Assembly: GCA_031414955.1 (NCBI GenBank) | Contig: JANOQV010000030.1 | Span: 1 to 64,000 of the forward strand | Direction: 5' to 3' | Length of the DNA: 64,000 bases | From: Pedosphaera sp. | GTDB lineage: Bacteria; Verrucomicrobiota; Verrucomicrobiia; Limisphaerales; SIBH01 | Shown here: piece by piece, positions 27,901-36,400 of the stretch | Position numbering within the stretch: position 1 is the first letter of the stretch | Layout: each line of letters starts with the position of its first letter | Program-made: the position numbers and the translations under genes | Notes under the pieces: model-generated | Database searches by the model: none | The model's input: the letters and a program-made list of their open reading frames with translations, nothing else | What the model was told of the DNA's origin: nothing

Positions 27901-30900
27901 GTTTGTGCCTGGCGAATCCTTCCGCACCATTAACATCACGATCCTCGACGACGTGATCGGCGAAGGGAACGAGAACTTCCACATCAGCTTGAGCGATCCG
28001 GCCAGTCCGTCCCCGGCGTCCCTGCCCGGGGCCACGCTGCTTGGGGTCAACCTCACCACCGAGGTGACGATTCTGGACAACGAAACTCCGGGCAACGTCG
28101 ATTACGAGTTTGTGGCCGGACCGAACGCGACGGTGAACTCCGTGGCCCTGGCCCCGGATCTCAAGGTGGCGATCGGCGGCGAGTTCACGCTCCTCGATGG
28201 GTTCTCCTTCAACCGCATCGCCCGGCTCCATGCCGACGGTGCGCGGGACGCAGGTTTCAATCCCGGCGCGGGCGCGAACAGCAACGTGCATGTGGTCGCC
28301 GTTCAGCCCGATGGCAAGGTTTTGGCCGGCGGCGAGTTCACCACCATGGATACCTCCAACCGGGTCCGACTCGCCCGGTTGAACGCCGACGGCAACGTGG
28401 ACTCTGGTTTCGTGGTGCCCACCAATGGCGTCAACGGCATCGTGCGCGCCATCGCGGTGCAGACCAACGGCCAGATCGTCATCGCCGGAGATTTCACCCA
28501 GGTCAGCGGCGTGGCGCGCAGCCACATCGCCAGGCTCAACGCCAACGGGACGCTGGACGGCTCGTTCAGTCCTTCACTGAGTGGGAACGGACTCGCGCTG
28601 GCGATTCAGGCCGATGGAAAAATTGTCGTGGGCGGAGCGTTCAGCGCCGTGAACGGCCTGCCCCAGAACAACCTCGCGCGACTGAACGCCGGGGGCAGTC
28701 TGGATGGCGCGTTCCTCATCGGGAGCGGTTGCAACGGGGCCGTGAACGGGCTCGCTGTCCAGGCCAACGGGCGGATTGTCGTGGCCGGTGCGTTCACCCT
28801 CGTGAACGGCGTGAACCGTGAATATCTCGTGCGGTTGGAGACGGGCGGAAATCTCGACGGGACGTTCCTCACCGGTGGCGGGCCGAACTCGGCGGTCAGC
28901 GCCGTGGCCGTGCATGGCAGCGGCAAAATTTTGATTGCGGGGGATTTCATCAGCTACGACGGCCGTCCGGCCAATCGTTTCGCGCGGCTCAAATCCAACG
29001 GCTCGTTTGATCCGGTCTTTGTCACTGGCACGGGCGCGAACGCCTTGGTGCGCTCCGTGGTGGTGCAGCCGGATTCGGCCGTGATCATTGGCGGTGAATT
29101 CACCGAAGTGAACGGGATCGCGCGCTCTTATGTGGCGCGCATCCACGGCGACGAACGCTCCAGCATTCCCACCGTGGATTTCGGCGCGGCCAACTTCACC
29201 GTGGACGAGACGGCGGTCAGCGCCGTCATTCCGGTGGTGCGCAGTGGTTCGACCAACCAGGCGTTTGTCATTCAGTACTGGTCCACCAATGGCACGGCCA
29301 CGGCGGGACAGGATTACACCGGGGTGACGAACACGCTGGTCTTCGCCGCCGGGCAATTGACCAACAGCTTTGCCATTCTGATTCAGGATGATCTGCTGAT
29401 CGAAGGCGACGAGACGGTGAACCTTTCGCTGACCAACGTGACGCCCAACGTGGATGTCAGCGGCCAGTCCACGGCCGTGCTGACGATTCTGGACAACGAG
29501 CGGTTCGTCCAGTTCAGCGCGACCAACTACGTGATCCGGGAAGACTCGAACACGGTTGCCATCACCCTCACGCGCACCGGCGGGTTGTCGGGCGTGATCA
29601 CGGTGCTGCTGACCACGAGCAACGGCACGGCGCTGGCCGGCAGCGATTATTTCTCTTTCTCGAACACTGTGACCTTCGCCGCCGGGCAGATCACGGCCAC
29701 GGCCTCCATCGCGCTGGTCAACGATCTGGTGGGGGAGGCGGCGGAGAGATTCCATCTGAGCCTCTCCACGCCCACGGGCGGTCTGCTGGGAACTCCGGCG
29801 TCGGCCACCGTGACCATTCTTGATGACGACATCAACTTCGGCACCTTCAATTACACGAACCCCAATGCCATCGTCATCCTGGATGCCGCCCCGGCCGCGC
29901 CCTATCCCTCTTCCATCTCGGTCTCGAATCTCACCGGCGTGGTGAGCCGGGTGGTGGTGTCGCTGGTCGGGTTCACCCACACTTTCCCCTCGGATGTGGA
30001 CGTGCTGCTGGTCGGGCCGCAAGGGCAGAAGACTTTGCTTATGTCCGACTCGGGCGGGAGCGGCGATGTTTTCGGCCTCAATCTGCGTTTCGAGGACTCG
30101 GCGGCCAGCTTGCTCTCCGATACCGCGCTGCTCGTCGCCAGCACCAACCATCCGACCGATTACGCGCCGGTGGATGGCTTCGCGGCTCCGGCTCCGGCCG
30201 GCCCGTATGCGACGGAACTGGCTGTCTTCAACGGCACGGTCGGCAACGGAACCTGGTCGCTCTATGTCGTGGATGATCGTGGCAACGACTCGGGCGTGAT
30301 CAGCAATGGCTGGCGCATGACCATCACCACGGTGGACGCGGCCTCGGCCAGCGATCTGGGTTTAACCATGACCGACGCGCCCGATCCCGTCGCTGCCGGG
30401 GACACCTTGATTTACGCGCTGTTCGTGACCAATCGCGGACCGCTCGGTGTGACCGGGGTGCAGTTGACCAATTACCTTTCGCCCAACGTGGAGTTCATCA
30501 GCGCCGTGGCCTTGCAGGGCACTTGCACCAACCTCAATGGCGTCGTGGCTTGTGGTCTTCTCGACCTGCCGGCGGGGGGCAGTGATTACGTTTGGATCAG
30601 CGTGCGGCCGCTGGTGCAGGGAACGGTGACGAATCGCGCCGTGGTCAGCGCCAACGAGCCGGATGTCATCACCACCAACAACAGCGCCACGGTGATCACG
30701 ACGGTGACGCCGGGCACGACGGCGGATTTGCGCGTGACCCTGACCGATGCGCCGGACCCGGTGTTCGCCGGCCAGAATGTCACGTATCATTTCACCGTCA
30801 CGAATCGCGGGCCGATCACAGCCACCGGGTTGCTCATCACGAACCGTTTTCCGGAGAACGGCAGCCTGGTTTCCGCCAGCTCGACCGCCGGATCGATCAT

Positions 30901-33391
30901 TAACTCGGGCACGGAGCTGATCATCAATGTTGGCACGCTGCTGAACGGCGCGGGTCTGATGGGCGATGTGGTGGTGTTGAGCCGCTTTGGCGGCACGATG
31001 ACCAATACCATTGCGGCGCGCGCCGCCCAGCCGGACTTCTCGCCGGCCAACACGGCGACGGAGATTACCGAGGTGATTCCAGCCGCCGATCTGGCCGTGT
31101 TCATGAGCGACTCGCGCGATCCGGTCGGGCCGGGCGCGAACGTGATTTACACCGTCACGGTGGTGAACAACGGACCGAACCACGCGCACAACGTGACCTT
31201 GTTCGATACGCTGCCGATCCCGTTCAACGTCGTCTCGTTCACGAATTCGCAGGGCACTAGTTACGATGCCGCCGGGGTGCTGGTCTTCGAGTTTGGCACC
31301 GTGAGCAACGGGGCCAGTGCCAGCGCCACCATCATCGTCCAGACCATCGCCACGGGCATTTACACCAACCTCGCCACGGCGGTGGCGCAGGAGGGCGATA
31401 TTTCCCCGGCCAACAACACGGCGGTGGAATCGACCACGGTGCAGGGCGGTGGTGGCACGGTGACGGCCTCCGGCATCATCGACAATGGCACCATCCAGCT
31501 CGGGGTGAATCCGGCGGCCGACTTGAACGTGCGCAACGGGCCGCCTTCCTTGGGCGGGACCACTTCGGTGGGTCTGCGCTATCTGCCGACCGGGGCGGAG
31601 AGCACGGCGCCTGGTTGCTTGTGCGAGGGTTGGGGTGTGGCCAACGGCTTGAGCGGTGCGGCGGGCGGGGCCAACGAAGCCTCGGACGGTGGGGCCTTTG
31701 GTCTGGTGGTGGAAAGTTTCGTGGCCGACGGGGTGACGGCGCGCTCGGTAGTGCGGGTGCATGGTTCGAGTGTCTTTGGCGGGGTGGACACGGGTACTCC
31801 GGCGACGTTCCGGGTGACGCACTACTATCATCCCTCGGCGGCGACGACCAACCTCTATCAGGTGGATGTGACGATTGAAAACATTTCGACCAACGTGGTG
31901 GAGGTGCTTTACCGCCGGGTCATGGACTGGGACATCGAGCCGACGCCTTTCAACGAGTATTCGACCATCATCAAGGGCGACTCGACGAATCTGGTCTTCA
32001 CCAGCGATAATGGATTTGCCAGCGGGAATCCGCAGGTGGGGCCGAGCCAGATTTTAGCGGTGGGTACTTTCATCGACAGCGGCCCGGCGGATCACGGCGC
32101 GCTGTTCGACTTTAACTTTGGCCAGTTGAATCCTGGCCAGAGCAAGTCGTTCGTCACTTACTACGGCGCCGCCGGGACGGAGCGTGATGCGGTGACGGCG
32201 ATTGCGCGGGTCGGCACGGAGGCTTACTCGTTCGGCCAGTCGAGCACGCCCGGGGGCAAGACCAATGGCACGCCCAACACCTTCATCTTTGGCTTTGGCG
32301 GTATCGGCGGGTCGGCGCTGGCCGGCTCGGATCTGGCGGTGGATGTGAGCACGCCGAGCGCGCTGGTCTCAGCGGGTTCCGTGTTCAACTATACGGTGGT
32401 GGTGACCAATCCCGGGCCGGACATCGCCACGGCGGTATTTCTTACCAACACTTTCCTCTCTCCAGCGGTGAATATCACTGCGGTCACGCCCAGCCAGGGC
32501 GTGCTCGCGCTCTCCAGCAACTCCCTGGTGCTCAACATTGGCGACATGCCGCCGCGCACCATCGTGACGCTCAACCTTTCTGTGATCGCCACCGCCGAGG
32601 GTTTCCTGACCAATCGCGCGGATGTGACCACGACGCAGATTGACTTCAACACCAGCAACAACACGGATGAAAACGTGGTGACGGTGGTTTCGCCGGGCAC
32701 TTATGCCAATCCCAACCCGATCACCATTTATGACGCCGGTCCCGCGCTGCCTTATCCCTCGATCATCCGGGTCTCGAACGCGCCGCCGCGGGTGACGGCG
32801 GTCACGGCCACTTTGCTCGATATCAACCATACTTATCCGGCTGATCTCGACGTGCTGCTGGTCGGGCCGCAAGGGCAGAAGGTGCTGCTGATGTCGGATG
32901 CGGGGGGCGGATATGATCTGAACGGGGTCACGCTCAAATTTGATGATGAGGCTGGTTTATTCTTGCCGGCGGCGGCGCAGATTGTGGCCGGGAGCTATAA
33001 GCCGAGCAATGTGGGCGGAGGAGATTTCTTCTTCAGCCCGGCGCCGCCTCCGCCGTATGCCGCGTTCATGTCCAGCTTCAATGGCACGGATCCGAATGGT
33101 GACTGGTCGCTTTATATTCTGGACGATCAAGGTTCGGACGTGGGCCTGGTGGGCAGCGGATGGCGGATGAGTTTTGTGTTCAACGTGGCCCTGCGCATTG
33201 AGCGCCTCGGTTCCAGTGTCGTGCTTTCCTGGCCGTCCTCGGAGACGGGTTACACGTTGGAGAGCGCGCCGGCCCCGACGGGTCCTTGGGGCGTGGTGAC
33301 GTCTGCTCCGCCGCTGGTCGGCGGGCGCTTCACGGTGATCGTGCCGGCGGGCGGGGCTAACCAGTTGTATTTCCGACTGCGGAAGCCGTAA
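21944..33391 (+). CDS. Giant exported zinc metalloprotease/adhesin: prodomain, M11(gametolysin)-like metzincin, PKD, Calx-beta array, delta-60 repeats, 2 P-domains, DUF11 repeats, C-terminal domain; 3815 aa
   Basis: N-terminal signal/anchor. HELGHNFNLPH (23258-23290) with EYGNPRDVMG Met-turn. YNWDFGD (PKD). Repeated GTA..G.DY...F..GE...I.DD...EG.E (Calx-beta). QPDGKVLAGGEF (delta-60). HTFPSDVDVLLVGPQGQK (P-domain). DL..T.TDAPDPV (DUF11). Confidence 0.9.
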   Translation: MKTFRWLAAGVFLALLIALVFWRTSGRDVVGSFSPIPSVSPALVSVAPALVAPADVSAPVASPVAPATVSGTNAPLVSFESWVRDFLVSDVSARPALAAQGAQLVSARQEEMAALIRTNPEEAIRRSLPYSVRKQLPPEIASQIEQPVSGRGSFRPLYYVPLPGRESEVPPTGYEVTMNGTDYETHAYGDRLHHPARDGAYLHGVSVKERAKTKPLLALSDEAHRLITDRGEARDLVSTGQLQADALCGVTKKPASSDQPVISQYGEHYYAFCEPAHAKQLNATLKRASAVSWALGGAGKVSGPNATNVQFEGFSRTQGRKKLLYIRVLFADDINPPQTDDQAQATVLANNRYFHEGSYGTVWWESTVTPLIRLPQRKNYYGENEGALLGDARNGAAALGYFPGDYFGPSYVLCTSMPQYLYGGISSGVLNGSPGAITHELGHNFNLPHANFWQPEGSLPGPVQPQNLSPWPIDPDALNGHNDINAPYIIGLGGAQPSQEYGNPRDVMGSGPGHFSAVAKRYMDWLPQDFVKTVTVSTTNRLYAFDTPRIDRGRLYAMQIRKDVTREYWLSYRQGFAANPWFSNGLEVEWNLGGENVDETFIMFGNELIDTTPDTSYGKEDAALIVGRTLSDPAASLHITPIARGGGPVSSDKWIDVVVMKGSFPGNQIPTMTLEASALTVAQGAIVDFTVIAQDADGDALAYNWDFGDWTFGTNGPVQSKTFNANGQYVVRCEVSDMKGGRASRQLVLTVGSPTTYTISGRVLDTEGNPVEGVRIHNNGVRPVNPPADPYAPYTNAPVDVGTYRYGYTDTDGFYVIGNVPDGTYVVRAFKYGYSTMPLDFTDPVNVNGNASGLNFTATKLARVSVAWTADATEPGDEYDPAEDGVFTITREGGEFSQDLPVVFTMSGRALYDFDYGLAGTDNLATNCVYETNGTVITTNCVVFTTPRGQLIIPAFQSSIDVHVIPTNNFLGDGAKSAVMTLILQTNFTRVTTVLTNFLVTNQPGNIVVTNSLFVQRTNQFRVPGWELRPFGPSGTPTWFQTDPTYVLDQAEATVNILDDDEPDPPTVSVFTLDFDAHEARGDSAMMAIVRQGAPLDQDLVVHYETPDVSAFYSPALNGEDVALLSGTITIPAGQSFALLPVVAINDLFVEGNEILFVNILESPEYFTGFADGMIVVDDDLPQVNIFTSVSTVARNGGSARVTLSRVGSVDEDLTVNYLVTGTAVSGVDFTTLSGSVVLPAGQLSVDVNINPIPTSTNPLPRTVTIVISDSTTYNIYQQNSATVTIIDQNLPTVTLARSGDTISENGGTSTFTVTRTGAITNNLNVFFDTGGSAWEGSDYASVGTNIIIPAGSITAGIVITAINDSAREFGDTWGDDTVIVRLRANTNYTLGGTVSQTIRIVDDEGDTALPSVGFMLQRSSVFENAGQARIFVKVTANPATNRPIEIEYRVTAGSATPNVNYVNSFPDRRDPTGQSVTGILNITHYFPPNPPPRFYDLENGIYTIPVTVLDDLVASGDKTVTITLFNPTGYQTNRSLVTNGGIIYTNFLITHLPTNAFLGPASSHTLTIQDLKTSTVTLAATAERTYEAGPVPGQFIFTRDGATNVPLTVYFALEGTAASGSDYVPVGTNITIPVGTNSVALTLMPIDDPTEEVAETMIIRLLPRSGYHSALGAGAGMIIVSDDGTIQFGAAEYNFSENAGFAVVPVVRTGGTNLAGTVDYLITGGTATNGVDYLGTNGTLSFLPGEDVKSIILPLVNESLVEPDETILLVLTNATGGVPLGGQRTTTVNIVNDDTAFDFAVAAFRANENAGLGTVIVTRTGVLTNTDTVWVTITNLIPPTVGIAGPLDFVPAAHLLTFNPGETNRPVSLTLLDDELFEGDENISLRLSQPSGSLQLGALSNAVLVIVDDECRLDFEVTGYSVKEYSNFVTLVVRRVGGTVNPVTALYTTGDGTATNGFDFAGVTNTVSFLGDQLVADTNGSGQVTFVPGESFRTINITILDDVIGEGNENFHISLSDPASPSPASLPGATLLGVNLTTEVTILDNETPGNVDYEFVAGPNATVNSVALAPDLKVAIGGEFTLLDGFSFNRIARLHADGARDAGFNPGAGANSNVHVVAVQPDGKVLAGGEFTTMDTSNRVRLARLNADGNVDSGFVVPTNGVNGIVRAIAVQTNGQIVIAGDFTQVSGVARSHIARLNANGTLDGSFSPSLSGNGLALAIQADGKIVVGGAFSAVNGLPQNNLARLNAGGSLDGAFLIGSGCNGAVNGLAVQANGRIVVAGAFTLVNGVNREYLVRLETGGNLDGTFLTGGGPNSAVSAVAVHGSGKILIAGDFISYDGRPANRFARLKSNGSFDPVFVTGTGANALVRSVVVQPDSAVIIGGEFTEVNGIARSYVARIHGDERSSIPTVDFGAANFTVDETAVSAVIPVVRSGSTNQAFVIQYWSTNGTATAGQDYTGVTNTLVFAAGQLTNSFAILIQDDLLIEGDETVNLSLTNVTPNVDVSGQSTAVLTILDNERFVQFSATNYVIREDSNTVAITLTRTGGLSGVITVLLTTSNGTALAGSDYFSFSNTVTFAAGQITATASIALVNDLVGEAAERFHLSLSTPTGGLLGTPASATVTILDDDINFGTFNYTNPNAIVILDAAPAAPYPSSISVSNLTGVVSRVVVSLVGFTHTFPSDVDVLLVGPQGQKTLLMSDSGGSGDVFGLNLRFEDSAASLLSDTALLVASTNHPTDYAPVDGFAAPAPAGPYATELAVFNGTVGNGTWSLYVVDDRGNDSGVISNGWRMTITTVDAASASDLGLTMTDAPDPVAAGDTLIYALFVTNRGPLGVTGVQLTNYLSPNVEFISAVALQGTCTNLNGVVACGLLDLPAGGSDYVWISVRPLVQGTVTNRAVVSANEPDVITTNNSATVITTVTPGTTADLRVTLTDAPDPVFAGQNVTYHFTVTNRGPITATGLLITNRFPENGSLVSASSTAGSIINSGTELIINVGTLLNGAGLMGDVVVLSRFGGTMTNTIAARAAQPDFSPANTATEITEVIPAADLAVFMSDSRDPVGPGANVIYTVTVVNNGPNHAHNVTLFDTLPIPFNVVSFTNSQGTSYDAAGVLVFEFGTVSNGASASATIIVQTIATGIYTNLATAVAQEGDISPANNTAVESTTVQGGGGTVTASGIIDNGTIQLGVNPAADLNVRNGPPSLGGTTSVGLRYLPTGAESTAPGCLCEGWGVANGLSGAAGGANEASDGGAFGLVVESFVADGVTARSVVRVHGSSVFGGVDTGTPATFRVTHYYHPSAATTNLYQVDVTIENISTNVVEVLYRRVMDWDIEPTPFNEYSTIIKGDSTNLVFTSDNGFASGNPQVGPSQILAVGTFIDSGPADHGALFDFNFGQLNPGQSKSFVTYYGAAGTERDAVTAIARVGTEAYSFGQSSTPGGKTNGTPNTFIFGFGGIGGSALAGSDLAVDVSTPSALVSAGSVFNYTVVVTNPGPDIATAVFLTNTFLSPAVNITAVTPSQGVLALSSNSLVLNIGDMPPRTIVTLNLSVIATAEGFLTNRADVTTTQIDFNTSNNTDENVVTVVSPGTYANPNPITIYDAGPALPYPSIIRVSNAPPRVTAVTATLLDINHTYPADLDVLLVGPQGQKVLLMSDAGGGYDLNGVTLKFDDEAGLFLPAAAQIVAGSYKPSNVGGGDFFFSPAPPPPYAAFMSSFNGTDPNGDWSLYILDDQGSDVGLVGSGWRMSFVFNVALRIERLGSSVVLSWPSSETGYTLESAPAPTGPWGVVTSAPPLVGGRFTVIVPAGGANQLYFRLRKP

Positions 33392-33491
33392 TCAACTTGC
33401 GCCTAGAATTATCTGTGTGCGAGAACTTGCGCCCTCCGAACGAAGCGAACGGCGCGGAGCGGGAATTCCGGGCATTTTAGAGTTTTTGAGT

Positions 33492-36400
33492 ATGCGAACA
33501 TTGCTATTTGCGGCTGCGGTGAAACGCGGTTTCGCCGGTTTTTTTGGACTTGTGATCCTGTGTCTGGCGGCCCCTGTCGCCACCGCGCAGACCATTGAGT
33601 TCCTGCCCGGTGCGCCGAGCGTTTACGAGAACGGCCTGGGGGGCGGAACCAACGTCACCATCATCGTCACGCGCTCGCCGGCGATTGGGATTTCGACGGT
33701 TGATTTCAGCACGGCGGACGGCTCGGCCACTTCGCCGGCTGATTACACCGGGGCGGCCTTTCAGCTCTCCTTCACCAATGGCGAATCCTTTAAGGTCATC
33801 TCGATCCTGGTGGTGGATGACCTCCTCCAGGAAGGGACGGAGACATTCTTCGTCCGGTTGGACAATGTGGTGGGTGGAACGCTTGGCGCGAGTAGCAACG
33901 TGACCGTGACTATTTTCGACAACGACAACTTCTTCCGCTTTATCCCCACCACCAACCAACTGGTGTTGGAAGATCAGACCAACGCAGTAATTCTGGTGGA
34001 GCGGGTCGGCGATCTAAACGGATCGGCCTCGGTGGACTTCTTTACCCGTGATGGGACGGCGGTGTCCGCGCCGCCGGCCTTGGCTGATTTCACCAGCCAG
34101 TCCGGCTCGCTGATTTTCACCAACGGACAGGGCACCAATGAGCTTTTGATCCCCATCACCGAAGACTGCCGCATTGAGCCGACGGAGTTTTTTCAGGTCG
34201 TGCTGACCAACGGCATCGGAGGCACGGTGGACCCGCTGGCCGACGTGATGACCGTGGGCATCGCGAACAACGATACGGCGGCCGGCACGGTTGAGTTCGG
34301 GGCGCTCAGCGTGGACGTCCTCCCGCTCGTCCTGGGCGACCCGGTCAACCCGCTCATCTATGAGCACCTCACTCGCGTCATCACCGTGCGAGTGGTGCGA
34401 CGCCAGGCCTGCGACGTCAACAACGTCCCGGTCGCGTTCGGCGGCGCCGCCACGGTTGATGTCAATGATTTGAACAACGGCCTTTTTGATTGTCCGGGCA
34501 CGGATCTAGCCCGTCGCGGAATCGACTACACCATTCCCGGCATGAACGGGAACGGAGTGCTCACCCTGAATTTGCCCAACGCCAACCCGGTCACCTTCAC
34601 CATCCTTGTCACCGAGGATTTGTTCGTGGAATTGGACGAGGCCATCCGGCTTCAGCTTTCCATTCCGAATCAAACCCCGCTGCCGGCCTTGGGCGATCGC
34701 CGGTCGCAGAACATCATCATCCGTTCCGACGAATTGCCCGCCGGCGGGGTCGTGCCGTACTACAATCCGTTGAGCATCCTCAACCCGACCCCGGGTGCGA
34801 ACAACGCGGTCTATGCCGTGGCGGTGGTTCCCTTCACCGTGCCCCAGAGCGGCGGCATGAGCTATCTGGGCGGCGATTTCACGGGCGTGGACGGCGTGGT
34901 GCGCAACCGCATCGCGCGGGTGAACAGTTTCGGGTTGGTGGATACGGGTTTCGATCCGGGCAGCGGCGCGGACGGCTTCGTGGAAACCATCGCGGTGCAG
35001 ACGGACGGGCGGGTGCTGATCGGCGGTGGTTTCACCTCCGTGAATAACGTGAGCCGCGCAGGCGTGGCCCGTTTGAACGAGGATGGTTCGCTCGACGCCG
35101 GATTCCTTCCGGGCAACGGCGTGCAGGGCATTGTGCATTCCATCGTCCTGCAACCGGATGGCATGATCCTTTTGGGCGGCGAATTCGACGCCTATAACGA
35201 CCAGCCGGTGCGAAACGTGGCGCGCCTTTTCCCGAACGGCTTGCTCGACATCTCGTTTGATCCCGGGGTGGGACCGGACGGAGCCGTTTGGTCGCTCGCC
35301 CTGAGCCCGTTCGGGCCGGAGGTTTACGCCGGGGGCGATTTTACCACCTTTGCCAACCAGACCCGCAATCACATCGTGCGTTTGACCGGCACCGGCGGCG
35401 TGGACGCAGGCTTCGTCCCGCTCTTCGGCGCGGATGACGCGATCTACTCGATCACCGTGACCGCCAACGGCCAGCCGATGGTAGCCGGTGCCTTCACCCA
35501 ATTCGACGGCCAGGCGCGTGCTGGCGTGGCTCGTCTTACGGCCAATGGTTTGCTCGACCCGACCTTTGATCCGGGAACCGGCGTGGAGGGAACAGTCTAT
35601 TCTCTCCAGCTCCAGGCCAACGGCCAGCCCATCATCGCGGGAGATTTTCTCAGTGTGAATGGCACGCCGCGCAAGTCCATTGCCCGTCTCAATCTGGACG
35701 GGACCGTGGACACCAGCTTCCTCGACGTTCACTACAATCAGACCCAGCCCGGAGTGGATGGGTTCATTAACGCCGTGGGCTTGGATTTCACCGGCAACCT
35801 GATGGTTGGTGGCACCTTTGCCACCGTGGGTGGCGGGCTGGATACCTTCGGCGGCATGGTGACCAACGCGGTCACGCCCAAGTTTAACTACGCGCAATTG
35901 ATGGGCGGGGCCAATCCCGAGGCCTTCAACATGCCGGGCAACGTGCAGTTCGTTTCCGCGCAATACTCCATTGATGAGAATGTGCTGGGCGGTTTTCTGA
36001 CCATCACCATGGTGCGAACCAATGGCCGTTACGGGCCGCTCACGGTCAACTGCCGCACCGAGGATGGCACCGCCGTGGCGGACGTGGATTATGTCGGTCA
36101 GTCCAACACCGTGACTTGGGCGGATTGCGAGTTTGGCATTCTAACCTTCACCATCCGCATTCTGGACAACGCGCTGATCGAGGGCAATCGCACCTTCAAG
36201 CTGGTGGTTTCCGACCCCATCAGTGTCGGCGGCGTCGCGCCGGCCTATCCCTCGCTCGCCGCGCGCTCGAAAGCCACCGTCACTATCATCGACAATGATT
36301 TTCCGCGCGGTGTGCTCGGCTTCAGCCAGCCGGTCTTCACGGCGGGCGAGGCGGATGGGAATGCGCTGGTCACGGTCACGCGGACCAACGGGAGCGTGGG

